Part shown: positions 1-7,697 of the stretch, piece after piece | Position numbering within the stretch: the first letter of the stretch is position 1 | How the letters are laid out: the number at the start of each line of letters is the position of its first letter | Assembly: GCA_950072105.1 (NCBI GenBank) | Contig: CATMOE010000087.1 | Location: forward strand, 1-11,481 | Direction: 5' to 3' | DNA: 11,481 nucleotides | Source: an uncultured Dehalococcoidia bacterium | GTDB lineage: Bacteria > Chloroflexota > Dehalococcoidia > Lucifugimonadales > UBA3495 | Notes under the pieces: model-generated | What the model saw: the letters and a program-made list of their open reading frames with translations, nothing else | Database searches by the model: none | What the model was told of the DNA's origin: nothing | Made by a program: the position numbers and the translations under genes

Positions 1-1025
1 TCGGCCTCGTTGGCGTGGAGCAGGCCGTAGGGCATGACCGGTGAGTTGCCGGTGTCGGTGCCGCACATGACCTTAACTCCCAGCTTACGGGCCGTCTCCA
101 AGACACTGACCGCCCCTTCCAGGTTATGCTTGATCTGGTCCACTTCCTGTTCGCTACGGCCAAAGTCCCGGCCGTTTTCCACCGCATGCTTCAAGAAGGT
201 AACCGTGGGCATGATCCTGACCCCGGCTTCGGCTACGGCGTCCAGGTCAGCTTCCGTCGCCAGGTCGGCGTGCATGATCCAATCCATCCCGGCCTCGGCG
301 GCGGCTCGCGTCGAGTCGGACCCCCTGGAGTGGATGCTTATCCGGGCGTTCCGGCGGTGAGCTTCGTCAACGACCGCCGAGAGTTCTTCCTTGGAGATCG
401 TCTGGGTGTCCCCCCAAGTGCTGTCGGCCATCTTTATGAAATCGACGCCGTGCTTGGTCTGCCGCCGTACTTCGGTGACCATATCCGACACGTTGTTAGC
501 CAGCACGCCGTTGAGGTGCTCCGGGGTCCCCACCCAGGACGGTTCGTTATCGGAGATGCTGCCGTAGGTGACGATGAACCGCCCGGCGCAGTAGATGCGG
601 GGACCCTCCAGCATTCCGGCGTTGATCGCTTCCCGCAGCGCCACGTCGATGAACCAGGTGCCGCCGGGAATGGATACGCTGGTTACCCCTGACCGCAAGA
701 TGGTTTGGGCGTTCCGGGCCGCTTTAAGGGTGGTGAACTCGGCGCTGGCCGTCCCCCGGCCGATACTCACGCCGGGCATGGCAGGCTGGCCGAAGGACAG
801 ATGGCAGTGACCATCGATGAGCCCTGGCATGATCCACCGGCCGGCGGCGTCGATGATTCGCACGCTTTCTTTGTCTTCCAGATTCAGACCCGGCGGAATC
901 CGGCCGACGCTGGTTATCCGGTTTTCCTGGATAACCACGGCCTCATTCTCCGTGGGAGGACTGCCGGAGCCATCGATCAGGGTGCCGTTGCGGATGACGG
1001 TGGTTTTCTGGTTTTGGCTTGTCAT
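1..1025 (-). CDS. Metal-dependent amidohydrolase family protein (HutI/Xaa-Pro dipeptidase-like, COG1228-type); 3' end runs off the window
   Basis: Absent from the ORF track because there is no stop in the window; translated by hand from ATG 1025 (GGAGG SD upstream). MTSQNQKTTVIRNGTLIDGSG...IIDAAGRWIMPGLIDGHCHLSFG (HxH), GVDFIK (likely carboxylated Lys), ISIHSRG, IMHAD, MCGTDTG. Open to position 1. Confidence 0.9.
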   Translation of the reverse strand, partial: MTSQNQKTTVIRNGTLIDGSGSPPTENEAVVIQENRITSVGRIPPGLNLEDKESVRIIDAAGRWIMPGLIDGHCHLSFGQPAMPGVSIGRGTASAEFTTLKAARNAQTILRSGVTSVSIPGGTWFIDVALREAINAGMLEGPRIYCAGRFIVTYGSISDNEPSWVGTPEHLNGVLANNVSDMVTEVRRQTKHGVDFIKMADSTWGDTQTISKEELSAVVDEAHRRNARISIHSRGSDSTRAAAEAGMDWIMHADLATEADLDAVAEAGVRIMPTVTFLKHAVENGRDFGRSEQEVDQIKHNLEGAVSVLETARKLGVKVMCGTDTGNSPVMPYGLLHANEA

Positions 1026-1078
1026 GGGACCCTCCGTGCCTAAAGAATCTCTTCCAAAATTAGCTCAACGTGGAAGAT

Positions 1079-1117
1079 AGCCCCCCTTTACGAAAGGGGG
1101 GTTGGGGGGATTTCCCC
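1079..1117 (-). repeat. REP-like C-rich leader plus hairpin (CCCCCCTTT-ACG-AAAGGGGGG), family C copy
   Basis: 9-bp perfect stem 1081-1089/1093-1101 followed by TTGGGGGGATTTCCCC. A closely related copy lies at 3251-3290. It starts about 4 nt after the stop of 1122..2126. Confidence 0.8.
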
Positions 1118-1121
1118 GCCC

Positions 1122-2126
1122 CTATGACGGCAGCAGTGGCAGCATCTCTTCGGACATAAGCTGCAGGTATTCTAATTTGGCGGAGAAATCGTGAGGCAGG
1201 TTCAGGCTGGCCAGTCCGATATAGTCCAGGCCGTCTTCTTCCACGCATCGGCTGATTATCTCGGCGCAGTCCTGAGGATTGCCCGCTACCGCCCAGTCGG
1301 GTATCTCGCGCTGTCCGGCCAGTCCCAGGTCCACCGTGCCCGTTTCTTGCATGTTGAACCCGGCGTACATGCCGGCTTTGGCTTCACCCTTGGCCTTGGC
1401 CTCGGTGATGGCCGTTTCCCGGTCCTTGGCGATCGTTATGGAGCGGTTGGCGGCCAACATCTTCTGGGGGGTCTTGCCGTATTCCGCCAAAGCGTCGTTG
1501 TACTCTTTGGCCAGGTACCGGAAGTCCTCCCAGGTGGGTTGGGGTCCGATCACCACAGCCTCGCATAGCCTGGCCGCACGGCGTACGGCGTTCCGGCTCT
1601 GAGCCGCCATCCAGATGGGAGGATGGGGTTTCTGGACCGGAGTAACCGAGCATTTGGCTTCATGGACCTGCCAATGTTTGCCTTCAAATGTAATCTCATC
1701 GCCGGTCCAAAGCTGTTTCATCAGGGCGATGGACTCCTCCATCCTGCTGACCCGGTCCTTCCGGTTGGTGCCGAAGGCCGCAAGTTCCTTTTCCCGGTAT
1801 CCCAGCCCAACCCCTAGGGTAAATCTGCCATTGCTGATGTGGTCCAAGGTCACTACCTGGTCCGCGATATCCACGGGGTTGTGATAGGTGAGCAGCAGGA
1901 TCCCGGTGATGAGCCGTAGCCCTTCGGCGTCGGGAGCGAGACGGGCCAGCATCTGCATCGGCTGCATCCACATGGTGGGGTGGGCTATGAAGTGTTGGGG
2001 CATGTAGATGGCGGAGAACCCTAGGGACCGCGCCCGCCGGCACACTTCCGCCGCCTCTTCGATCTGCTCGTGCATCGGCCGGGTAGGGTCTTCCAGGTAA
2101 TCTCGTATATAGATTCCAACTTCCAT
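1122..2126 (-). CDS. LLM class flavin-dependent oxidoreductase (luciferase-like monooxygenase)
   Basis: 334 aa with LGFSAIYMPQHF, GILLLTYHNPVDIADQVVTLDHISNGRFTLGVGLGYR and PVQKPHPPIWMAA, which are typical bacterial luciferase-like TIM-barrel motifs. Confidence 0.92.
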   Translation of the reverse strand: MEVGIYIRDYLEDPTRPMHEQIEEAAEVCRRARSLGFSAIYMPQHFIAHPTMWMQPMQMLARLAPDAEGLRLITGILLLTYHNPVDIADQVVTLDHISNGRFTLGVGLGYREKELAAFGTNRKDRVSRMEESIALMKQLWTGDEITFEGKHWQVHEAKCSVTPVQKPHPPIWMAAQSRNAVRRAARLCEAVVIGPQPTWEDFRYLAKEYNDALAEYGKTPQKMLAANRSITIAKDRETAITEAKAKGEAKAGMYAGFNMQETGTVDLGLAGQREIPDWAVAGNPQDCAEIISRCVEEDGLDYIGLASLNLPHDFSAKLEYLQLMSEEMLPLLPS

Positions 2127-2222
2127 AGGACGTTGCCGCGCTCCTCTGATTATTTCGATGAGAGATCGTCGGGCCTACCAGCGAAAACTACTTTCCCGGA
2201 AGCGATGGCAGAAGCCGCCAAC

Positions 2223-3161
2223 CTAAACGGGCGTCTTTGCCCTGAAGGCTGCTGTCAGCGCAGCCGAAGCCTCGTTGATCGCCTGCTTGGCCTTGTCTAG
2301 GACCGCCGGAGCGCCGAAGAAGCCGTGCATCATGCCGTCGTAGCGGGTGCACTTGGTGGACACACCTTCGTCTTGCAAACGGTGCGCGTAGTCCTCTCCT
2401 TCATCCCGTAGCGGGTCGAATTCCGCCGTGATTACCAGGGCGGGTGGCAGTCCTTTAAGGCTCTCGGCCTGCATGGGCGCCGCATAGGGGTTGGAGGCGT
2501 CGGCTTCGCTGGCCAGGTAATGGTCCCAGAACCACAGCATCGAGTCCCGGGTCAACGAATACCCGTCCGCGTTTTCCTCGTAGGAGACGGTTTCGAAGTC
2601 CCGCATGGTAACCGGGTATACCAGGAGTTGGAAGGCTAAGGAGGGCCCTTGCCGGTCCCTGGCCATCAGACATATTACCGTGGCTAAGTTTCCGCCGGCG
2701 CTGTCCCCACCCACGGCGATCTTCGCCGGGTCGCCATTGATGCTGGCGGCATTCTGGGCGGCCCACTGGGTGGCGGCGTAGCAATCATCGGCGGGGCCGG
2801 GAAATTTGGTCTCCGGCGCCAACCGGTAGTCCACCGACACGACCACGCATCTCGTGCCCACGGTCAGGTGCCGGGAGACCCCATCGGCGTTTTCCAAGTC
2901 GCCCAGGACCCAACCGCCACCGTGGAACCAAACCAGTATCGGGAAGGGTCCGGACCCCTCGGGCGTATAGATCCTCACCGGAATCTCTCCGCCTGGACCG
3001 GGAATGTTCCGGTCTTCTACCTTGGCCACTTCGGGCCCCGGAGCCCTGGGGCGCAGCTTAGCGTTGGCCCGAGCTTCCTGGGCAGATACGGTGTGGTTCG
3101 GAGGCAGACCAAGGGCTGCCGTTGCTTCTAGAACTGCTTGTGCTTGCGGGTCAAGTGGCAT
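2223..3161 (-). CDS. Hormone-sensitive lipase (family IV) esterase, alpha/beta hydrolase
   Basis: 312 aa with HGGGW oxyanion hole, VDYRLAPE, GDSAGG nucleophile, EFDPLRDEG acid and HGFF His. AGGAGG SD upstream of ATG 3161. Confidence 0.95.
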   Translation of the reverse strand: MPLDPQAQAVLEATAALGLPPNHTVSAQEARANAKLRPRAPGPEVAKVEDRNIPGPGGEIPVRIYTPEGSGPFPILVWFHGGGWVLGDLENADGVSRHLTVGTRCVVVSVDYRLAPETKFPGPADDCYAATQWAAQNAASINGDPAKIAVGGDSAGGNLATVICLMARDRQGPSLAFQLLVYPVTMRDFETVSYEENADGYSLTRDSMLWFWDHYLASEADASNPYAAPMQAESLKGLPPALVITAEFDPLRDEGEDYAHRLQDEGVSTKCTRYDGMMHGFFGAPAVLDKAKQAINEASAALTAAFRAKTPV

Positions 3162-3181
3162 CTTATTCCTCCTGTCTTCGT

Positions 3182-3215
3182 CACCCTCACCCCTACCCCT
3201 GCCAAAGCGAGGGGA
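3182..3215 (+). repeat. C-rich leader plus CCCCT...AGGGG hairpin, degenerate family C copy
   Basis: CACCCTCACCCCTACCCCTGCCAAAGCGAGGGGA has the same architecture as 7698-7737 and resembles the reverse complement of 8569-8585. Confidence 0.5.
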
Positions 3216-3236
3216 TCAGAGCATGGATTTATTATC

Positions 3237-3290
3237 GGGAACCCCAACTGAGCCCCCTTTACGAAAGGGGGCTCAGTTGGGGGATTTCCC
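3237..3290. repeat. Long perfect palindrome (19-bp stem, ACG loop), extended family C REP-like element
   Basis: CCCCAACTGAGCCCCCTTT (3242-3260) pairs perfectly with AAAGGGGGCTCAGTTGGGG (3264-3282). The core matches 1081-1101. It lies just after the stop of the extended SDR gene. Confidence 0.85.
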
Positions 3291-3297
3291 GGTTCCC

Positions 3298-4245
3298 CTA
3301 CCTACCCGTCACCACGGGTAAACCGCTATCCATACGCACTTCGTTTATTATCTCCAACACCCGTTGGCGGAAGGGGGCATATTCGATCTCAAACTCATCC
3401 CTCAGACGACTGTTGTCCACCATGTAATTCCCCGATAGCTCACGGCCGCCTTCGTTGTCGAAGGTGATCTGTGAGTCGGGCAGAAACTCTTTCACCATGT
3501 CCGCCAGGTCACCTAAGCTGATGGCATGTCCTCCGGAGTTGTAGACGGGGTAGTGGCTGGAATCGGCCAGCAGCACCCGAACGAATGCTTCGGCGATGTC
3601 CTCTACGTGGATGGGCAGCCGCATAATCTCTTTATGTGGGAAGCTGACCGGCTCGCCTCGGGCGGGCAGGGTGATGCAGCGAACGTGGTCGACGGAACCT
3701 CGGAACTTGTCGGGGCCTGTCACGTTAGCTGGCCGTATCCCAGTGATGGCCATGCCGTAGTTCTCGATGTATTTGGATGCCTGGAACTCGTTGAATATCT
3801 TGTGCATGGCGTACTGGCTGGTGCCGTACATCGGGTCGTCCTCGTTGGTCTCCCGGTCACCGAAGCTGGACTGTTGGCCGCTCACCGCGATGGAGCTTGC
3901 ATACACCACCCGGTTCACACCGCAAACCCTGGCAGCTTCGAAACAGTTATCCATGCCCATGATATTCAGACGGGTGTCGAAGTGGGGACGGTCTTCGGTT
4001 CCGACTACGGGCAAGAGGTAAGCCAGGTTAATGATTCGGTCGGGCTTGGTTTCGAGAATGGCCTTGACCACGTCCTCAAAACTGGTAACGTCGCCGTACA
4101 TGACCTTCAACCGCTCTCCCATCCCGGACAGTTGGTCCGAGTGGGGGTTGATGTCCATGCAGACCACTTCTTCACCCCTTTCGATCAGCCGCCGGATAGC
4201 CCTGGGCCCGATAAAGCCGGTCCCGCCGATAACCAGGATCGCCAT
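3298..4245 (-). CDS. NAD-dependent epimerase/dehydratase family protein (extended SDR)
   Basis: Start revised to ATG 4245 (AGGAGG SD, 315 aa). MAILVIGGTGFIG Rossmann motif, GDV, INLA, YASS and catalytic YAMHK (YxxxK). Confidence 0.9.
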   Translation of the reverse strand: MAILVIGGTGFIGPRAIRRLIERGEEVVCMDINPHSDQLSGMGERLKVMYGDVTSFEDVVKAILETKPDRIINLAYLLPVVGTEDRPHFDTRLNIMGMDNCFEAARVCGVNRVVYASSIAVSGQQSSFGDRETNEDDPMYGTSQYAMHKIFNEFQASKYIENYGMAITGIRPANVTGPDKFRGSVDHVRCITLPARGEPVSFPHKEIMRLPIHVEDIAEAFVRVLLADSSHYPVYNSGGHAISLGDLADMVKEFLPDSQITFDNEGGRELSGNYMVDNSRLRDEFEIEYAPFRQRVLEIINEVRMDSGLPVVTGR

Positions 4246-4320
4246 GTCATCCTCCTGCGGAAAGGGGGTCAGTTTTTGCTGATTAGATGGAGTGCGTTGA
4301 GCGTTGCTCAGGCTCCCGAA

Positions 4321-4364
4321 TTGACGGTCAAGGGGAGTATATGCGGGGCCTTGAACACCGTCAA
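4321..4364. promoter_or_regulatory. Candidate operator: TTGAC-G-GTCAA palindrome and TTGACGGT/ACCGTCAA inverted repeat bracketing the leftward promoter
   Basis: Palindrome at 4321-4331 at the predicted TSS, 8-bp inverted repeat at 4321-4328/4357-4364, and TTGA-N6-TCAA at 4351-4364 overlapping the -35. Confidence 0.45.
4336..4364 (-). promoter_or_regulatory. Sigma70-type promoter for the leftward operon
   Basis: On the minus strand, -35 TTGACG (4364-4359), a 17-nt spacer and -10 TATACT (4341-4336). Confidence 0.7.
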
Positions 4365-4427
4365 CCACCGAGAGCGCCTCCTTGGGTTGGACGCAGTTTC
4401 AAAAGAACTTGTGTCACCCGTGGTCAG

Positions 4428-4507
4428 GCCCTTCGACAAGCTCAGGATGAACGGAAATTGGGCCACACGCCGTGCGTGGTGACCCCGATGCGATCGGGGC
4501 GAACCAC
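4428..4507. repeat. REP doublet (family A) copy 1, right arm loop replaced by a CCCCGAT-NNN-ATCGGGG palindrome
   Basis: GCCCTTCGACAAGCTCAGGATGAACGG (4428-4454), a 15-nt spacer, then CCGTGCGTGGTGA[CCCCGATGCGATCGGGG]CGAACCAC (4470-4507). Confidence 0.8.
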
Positions 4508-4532
4508 ACGCCGAAACATTTCCAGCCAGGGA

Positions 4533-4561
4533 TTCACTTAGGTGACGCTCGCTGCTACAAT
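4533..4561 (+). promoter_or_regulatory. Sigma70-type promoter (extended -10) for the rightward operon
   Basis: -35 TTCACT (4533-4538), a 17-nt spacer and TGc-TACAAT (-10 at 4556-4561). AGGAGG SD at 4584-4589. Confidence 0.6.
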
Positions 4562-4595
4562 ACTGCCGGAGCTAGGAGCCGCTAGGAGGTACGGA

Positions 4596-5744
4596 TTGAA
4601 GTTCTATAGCTTTGATGAGACGACTTATCCGGGCATTCCGGATGAGATCGGCCCGGAAACCCGGCAAACCAATCGTTTCTGCGACCCAGCGCTTGCCGCC
4701 CAGACGTACCAAGAACACCTTGACGAGTGGACCATGTGCGAGGACTTGGGGTTCGACGGCGTCCTGGTCAACGAGCACCACTTCACCTATTTCAATATCA
4801 ACCCTTCCTGCACAGTCCTCGCCGCGGCGATTATCGCCCGCACCAAGACGCTCAAAGTAGGCGTTATCGGCCACGTGCTGCCCCTGCGCCATCCGGTTCA
4901 GACCGCCGAAGAGTTTGCCCAGTTGGACATCCTGTCGGGCGGGCGGTTCATCGGCGGCATCGTCCGGGGGGTGCCCCAGGAGTATGTGTCGTACAACATC
5001 GACCCATTCACCAGCCGGGAGCGTTTCGCCGAGTGCTACGACATTCTAAACAAGTGCCTGACCGAAGAGATATTCGACTACCAGGGCAAGTTCTACGACC
5101 TGAAGGCGGTTTCGGTGTGGCCCAAGCCCTTACAGAACCCGCTGCCCATCTGGATGCCGGCCGGGTCGTCGGAAACGATTGAGTTTGCCGCGGAACGGCA
5201 CATACCCATCGCCCGGGTCTGGAACCCCACGGTGGTGTTCCAGGACGCCTTCGAATATTACAAAGAGGTGGCTAAGGAGCAGTTCGGCTGGGAGGCTGGG
5301 CCCGAGCAGTGCATCGGCTCACGTTACATCCACGTGGCCGAGACCACCGAACAGGCCATCGAAGAATGCCGCGCCGCGGTGATGTACGTGCGGCGGTTGA
5401 GTACCTTCAGCCGTCCGGTGCAGGTCCCGGCGCCGGTGCCCGGTCTGCAGACCGACCGTTCTTATGACTACCGGAAACGTTCCAAGGGCGCGGAGATGCC
5501 CGGCCCCGGCACTCCTTTCGAGAAGTTGCGGGAGTCGGGATATATAGTCTGCGGCGACCCGGATTACGTGACGGATTGGCTGGCCAACGACATGGAGACG
5601 GCCGGTTACGGCCACTTCATGGGCATGTTCCGCGTTGGCAGCAACAGCCACGAGAACGTCATCAAGTCCAAGAACCTGTTCGCCGAGCACGTCATGCCCA
5701 AGCTCAAGCACATCAACGAAGCGGCTCCGGCGGCCACCGTATAG
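4596..5744 (+). CDS. LLM class flavin-dependent oxidoreductase (luciferase-like monooxygenase)
   Basis: Start revised to TTG 4596 (AGGAGG 6 nt upstream, 382 aa, MKFYSFDE...). Motifs EDLGFDGVLVNEHH, LPLRHPVQTAEEFAQLDILSGGRFIGGIVRG, WPKPLQNPLPIW and LFAEHVMP. Confidence 0.92.
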   Translation: MKFYSFDETTYPGIPDEIGPETRQTNRFCDPALAAQTYQEHLDEWTMCEDLGFDGVLVNEHHFTYFNINPSCTVLAAAIIARTKTLKVGVIGHVLPLRHPVQTAEEFAQLDILSGGRFIGGIVRGVPQEYVSYNIDPFTSRERFAECYDILNKCLTEEIFDYQGKFYDLKAVSVWPKPLQNPLPIWMPAGSSETIEFAAERHIPIARVWNPTVVFQDAFEYYKEVAKEQFGWEAGPEQCIGSRYIHVAETTEQAIEECRAAVMYVRRLSTFSRPVQVPAPVPGLQTDRSYDYRKRSKGAEMPGPGTPFEKLRESGYIVCGDPDYVTDWLANDMETAGYGHFMGMFRVGSNSHENVIKSKNLFAEHVMPKLKHINEAAPAATV

Positions 5745-5746
5745 CA

Positions 5747-6253
5747 ATGGTTTCCCTATTCGGTGATTACAACTACACCCTGACCCGGGAGTCTCCGGAA
5801 ACCAGAGGGGAGTTTGAGAACAACGCCCCGGGAAGCGTCACGGCGGGATGGGAGATTCTTTCTCCGCCGGCGGGACCGGACGGTATCCCCTACCAACTTA
5901 TCTTCGTCGGACCGACTACTGAGCACCGTGGCACGGCGATTCGTTTGAAGGTGGCGGCCAAAGGCGGCGGCGAGGTTTCGGATGACGCCGATGTGTTGCT
6001 AGAAACCTTTTACAAGACCGGCGAAGAGCGCACAGTGATGTTCGAAGGTAAGTACGGACTCTTCCGGGAAATACCGGACCAGGAAGCTAAGGACGCTGCT
6101 CTGTCGCTGCAAAAGCGGGCAGAGGCCGGAGAAGACTACGTGATCCGGTTAGGGGTAACCGTTCTCGAAGGCTCACCCCAACCCGACCCGGCGGCCAACG
6201 CGTCCTACTTCCAGTTGGAATGCGTGAAGCTCTGGTGGAATGAGTCCGCCTGA
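5747..6253 (+). CDS. Hypothetical 168-aa beta-rich protein; candidate vertical single jelly-roll (P23-77 VP16 / SH1 VP7-like) fold
   Basis: ATG 5747 lies 2 nt after the LLM stop; the track's 5576 start overlaps the LLM gene. Alternating hydrophobic strands ([26 protein letters not shown]). The CDS call is well supported; the fold call is only a by-eye comparison with recalled viral sequences. Confidence 0.8.
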   Translation: [168 protein letters not shown]

Positions 6254-6263
6254 ACAGTAGCGG

Positions 6264-6332
6264 GTGGTTCGACAAGCTCACCACAAACGGGAATATGAAC
6301 TCTCATCGTTCGTCCTGAGCCTGTCGAAGGAC
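6264..6332. repeat. REP doublet (family A) copy 2
   Basis: GTGGTTCGACAAGCTCACCACAAACGG (6264-6290), a 15-nt spacer, then TCGTTCGTCCTGAGCCTGTCGAAGGAC (6306-6332, inverted). It begins 10 nt after the stop at 6253. Confidence 0.88.
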
Positions 6333-6393
6333 CGGTTCGCTAGAGCTAGACAATTGTTGTTGGCAGACAATTTGACTAAAGGCAGGTAGACCA

Positions 6394-7248
6394 GTGGGGG
6401 CAGCGGACGGCTCTATATTTGCCCGGCACAGCCTGGAGGCGGGCGGCTTCGAGGTTTCTTACCTCAAAGGCGGCCATGATGGCGACATGGATCCGGTCCT
6501 CTACCTCCACGGGATGGGCGGCGGTGGGAAGTGGGAAGCCTACCACATGACCTTGGGCACCTTTGCTCTAACTTACGCGCCCCAATTGCCGGGTTGGGCC
6601 GACGGTCGAGCGCCAGATAGCATTGATTCAGTCCAGGACTACGCCAGACTGGTGAGCGATTTTATGGACGCGGCGGAGATCGGCCGGTGCGTCCTGGCGG
6701 GACATTCCTTCGGCGGATGGGTCGCCCTGTCCCTCTGCACCGCCCATCCAGAGCGGTTTTCACGCATGATTCTGGCGGACTCCATGGGAATAGCGCTCAA
6801 CGACTCCACCACCCTTAACCTGGCAGAGATGGATGAGGAGTCCTTTGCCAAGGCGGCCTTTGCACGTCTTGGCCTGATCGCCACGGCCCAGCCCGACGGT
6901 TTTGGTGCCGAGTGGGAGAACCTGCGGCGGGGACCGGAGTTCGAGCGCCAGTGGAAGGGCAGAGGATTGGTCGCAGGGCTGATAAACGGAGCGTCTTCAG
7001 ACCCGGATATGACCAACCGCCTGGGGACGATTACCGCCGATACGCTGCTGGTGTGGGGCCGGGAGGATGGCATCGTCCCCTTGCGGCACGGTGAAGCCCT
7101 CCGCGACGCTATACCCAACTCCAACCTGGCCGTCATCGACCGTTGCGGTCATATGCCGATGGCGGAAAAGCCCGAGACCTTCAACAAGATCATACGGGAC
7201 TTCCTGGTGGGCGATCATCAGGAAATTCCCGAGGTAGTGAGAGTCTGA
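6394..7248 (+). CDS. Alpha/beta fold hydrolase (MhpC/RutD-like)
   Basis: 284 aa with LYLHGMGG, GHSFGG nucleophile elbow, WGREDGIVP acid and CGHMP His. Confidence 0.9.
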   Translation: MGAADGSIFARHSLEAGGFEVSYLKGGHDGDMDPVLYLHGMGGGGKWEAYHMTLGTFALTYAPQLPGWADGRAPDSIDSVQDYARLVSDFMDAAEIGRCVLAGHSFGGWVALSLCTAHPERFSRMILADSMGIALNDSTTLNLAEMDEESFAKAAFARLGLIATAQPDGFGAEWENLRRGPEFERQWKGRGLVAGLINGASSDPDMTNRLGTITADTLLVWGREDGIVPLRHGEALRDAIPNSNLAVIDRCGHMPMAEKPETFNKIIRDFLVGDHQEIPEVVRV

Positions 7249-7283
7249 AAAAACCCAACCTGGATCAAGAAAGGGAGGAAACC

Positions 7284-7688
7284 ATGGCGAAGATCAAACA
7301 CATAGCGATACGCACACCGGACCCGGAAGCAACCGCCAAATTCTACAAAGAAGTATTCGGACTTGAGGAAGCCGGTGTGGCCGGCTCGGGTTTTTACCTG
7401 ACCGACGGCTACCTCAACCTGGCCATTCTTAAGTCTAAGGATGAAGGGTCTGAGGAGTCGCCCCGCGACGCGGCGGGGTATGCCGGGATCGACCACCTAG
7501 GATTCTTGGTGGATGACACGGACGAGACGTGCGCGAAGCTGGACGAAGCGGGCGCCACGCCCATGATCGGCCGGGTGAACGTTACCCCGGTGCATGCCGA
7601 CACCGCCCAGTCCTACTACGAGATCAAATACCGCGGGCCGGACAACCAGGTTATTGACATTACAACCTCTGGCTGGGTCGGCAACTAG
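7284..7688 (+). CDS. VOC family protein (glyoxalase/bleomycin resistance/dioxygenase)
   Basis: Start revised to ATG 7284 (GGGAGG SD, 134 aa). MAKIKHIAI..DPEATAKFYKEVFGL, GIDHLGFLVDD and YRGPDNQVIDI. Confidence 0.9.
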   Translation: MAKIKHIAIRTPDPEATAKFYKEVFGLEEAGVAGSGFYLTDGYLNLAILKSKDEGSEESPRDAAGYAGIDHLGFLVDDTDETCAKLDEAGATPMIGRVNVTPVHADTAQSYYEIKYRGPDNQVIDITTSGWVGN

Positions 7689-7697
7689 GGGCCGGGC

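Noticed and set aside
34..1080. Plus-strand ORFs 34..360, 126..692, 595..810, 705..1043 and 817..1080
   Set aside because: They are antisense shadows of the minus-strand amidohydrolase, which has full family motifs and an SD.
1081..1101. Intrinsic terminator call for the family C hairpins (also 3242-3282)
   Set aside because: No U-tract follows on the transcribed strand and both sit between co-oriented genes.
3526..4482. 318-aa plus-strand ORF
   Set aside because: Antisense to the extended SDR, has no recognisable motif, and its end (FDKLRMNG) is translated REP sequence.
4571..4588. GCTAGGAG direct repeat in the LLM leader
   Set aside because: Only two 8-nt copies overlapping the SD; insufficient evidence of function.
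4246..4595. Upstream starts at 4368 (-) and 4542 (+), and ORF 4287..4541
   Set aside because: The extensions overlap the predicted promoters and repeats. SD-supported starts at 4245 and 4596 give canonical N-termini.
5576..5746. N-terminal 57 aa of the 225-aa ORF
   Set aside because: It overlaps the LLM coding region out of frame and has Arg/His-rich shadow composition; ATG 5747 is more plausible.
5747..6253. Prophage or provirus interpretation of the capsid-like gene
   Set aside because: No integrase, packaging ATPase, second capsid gene or att-like repeats; all neighbours are metabolic genes.
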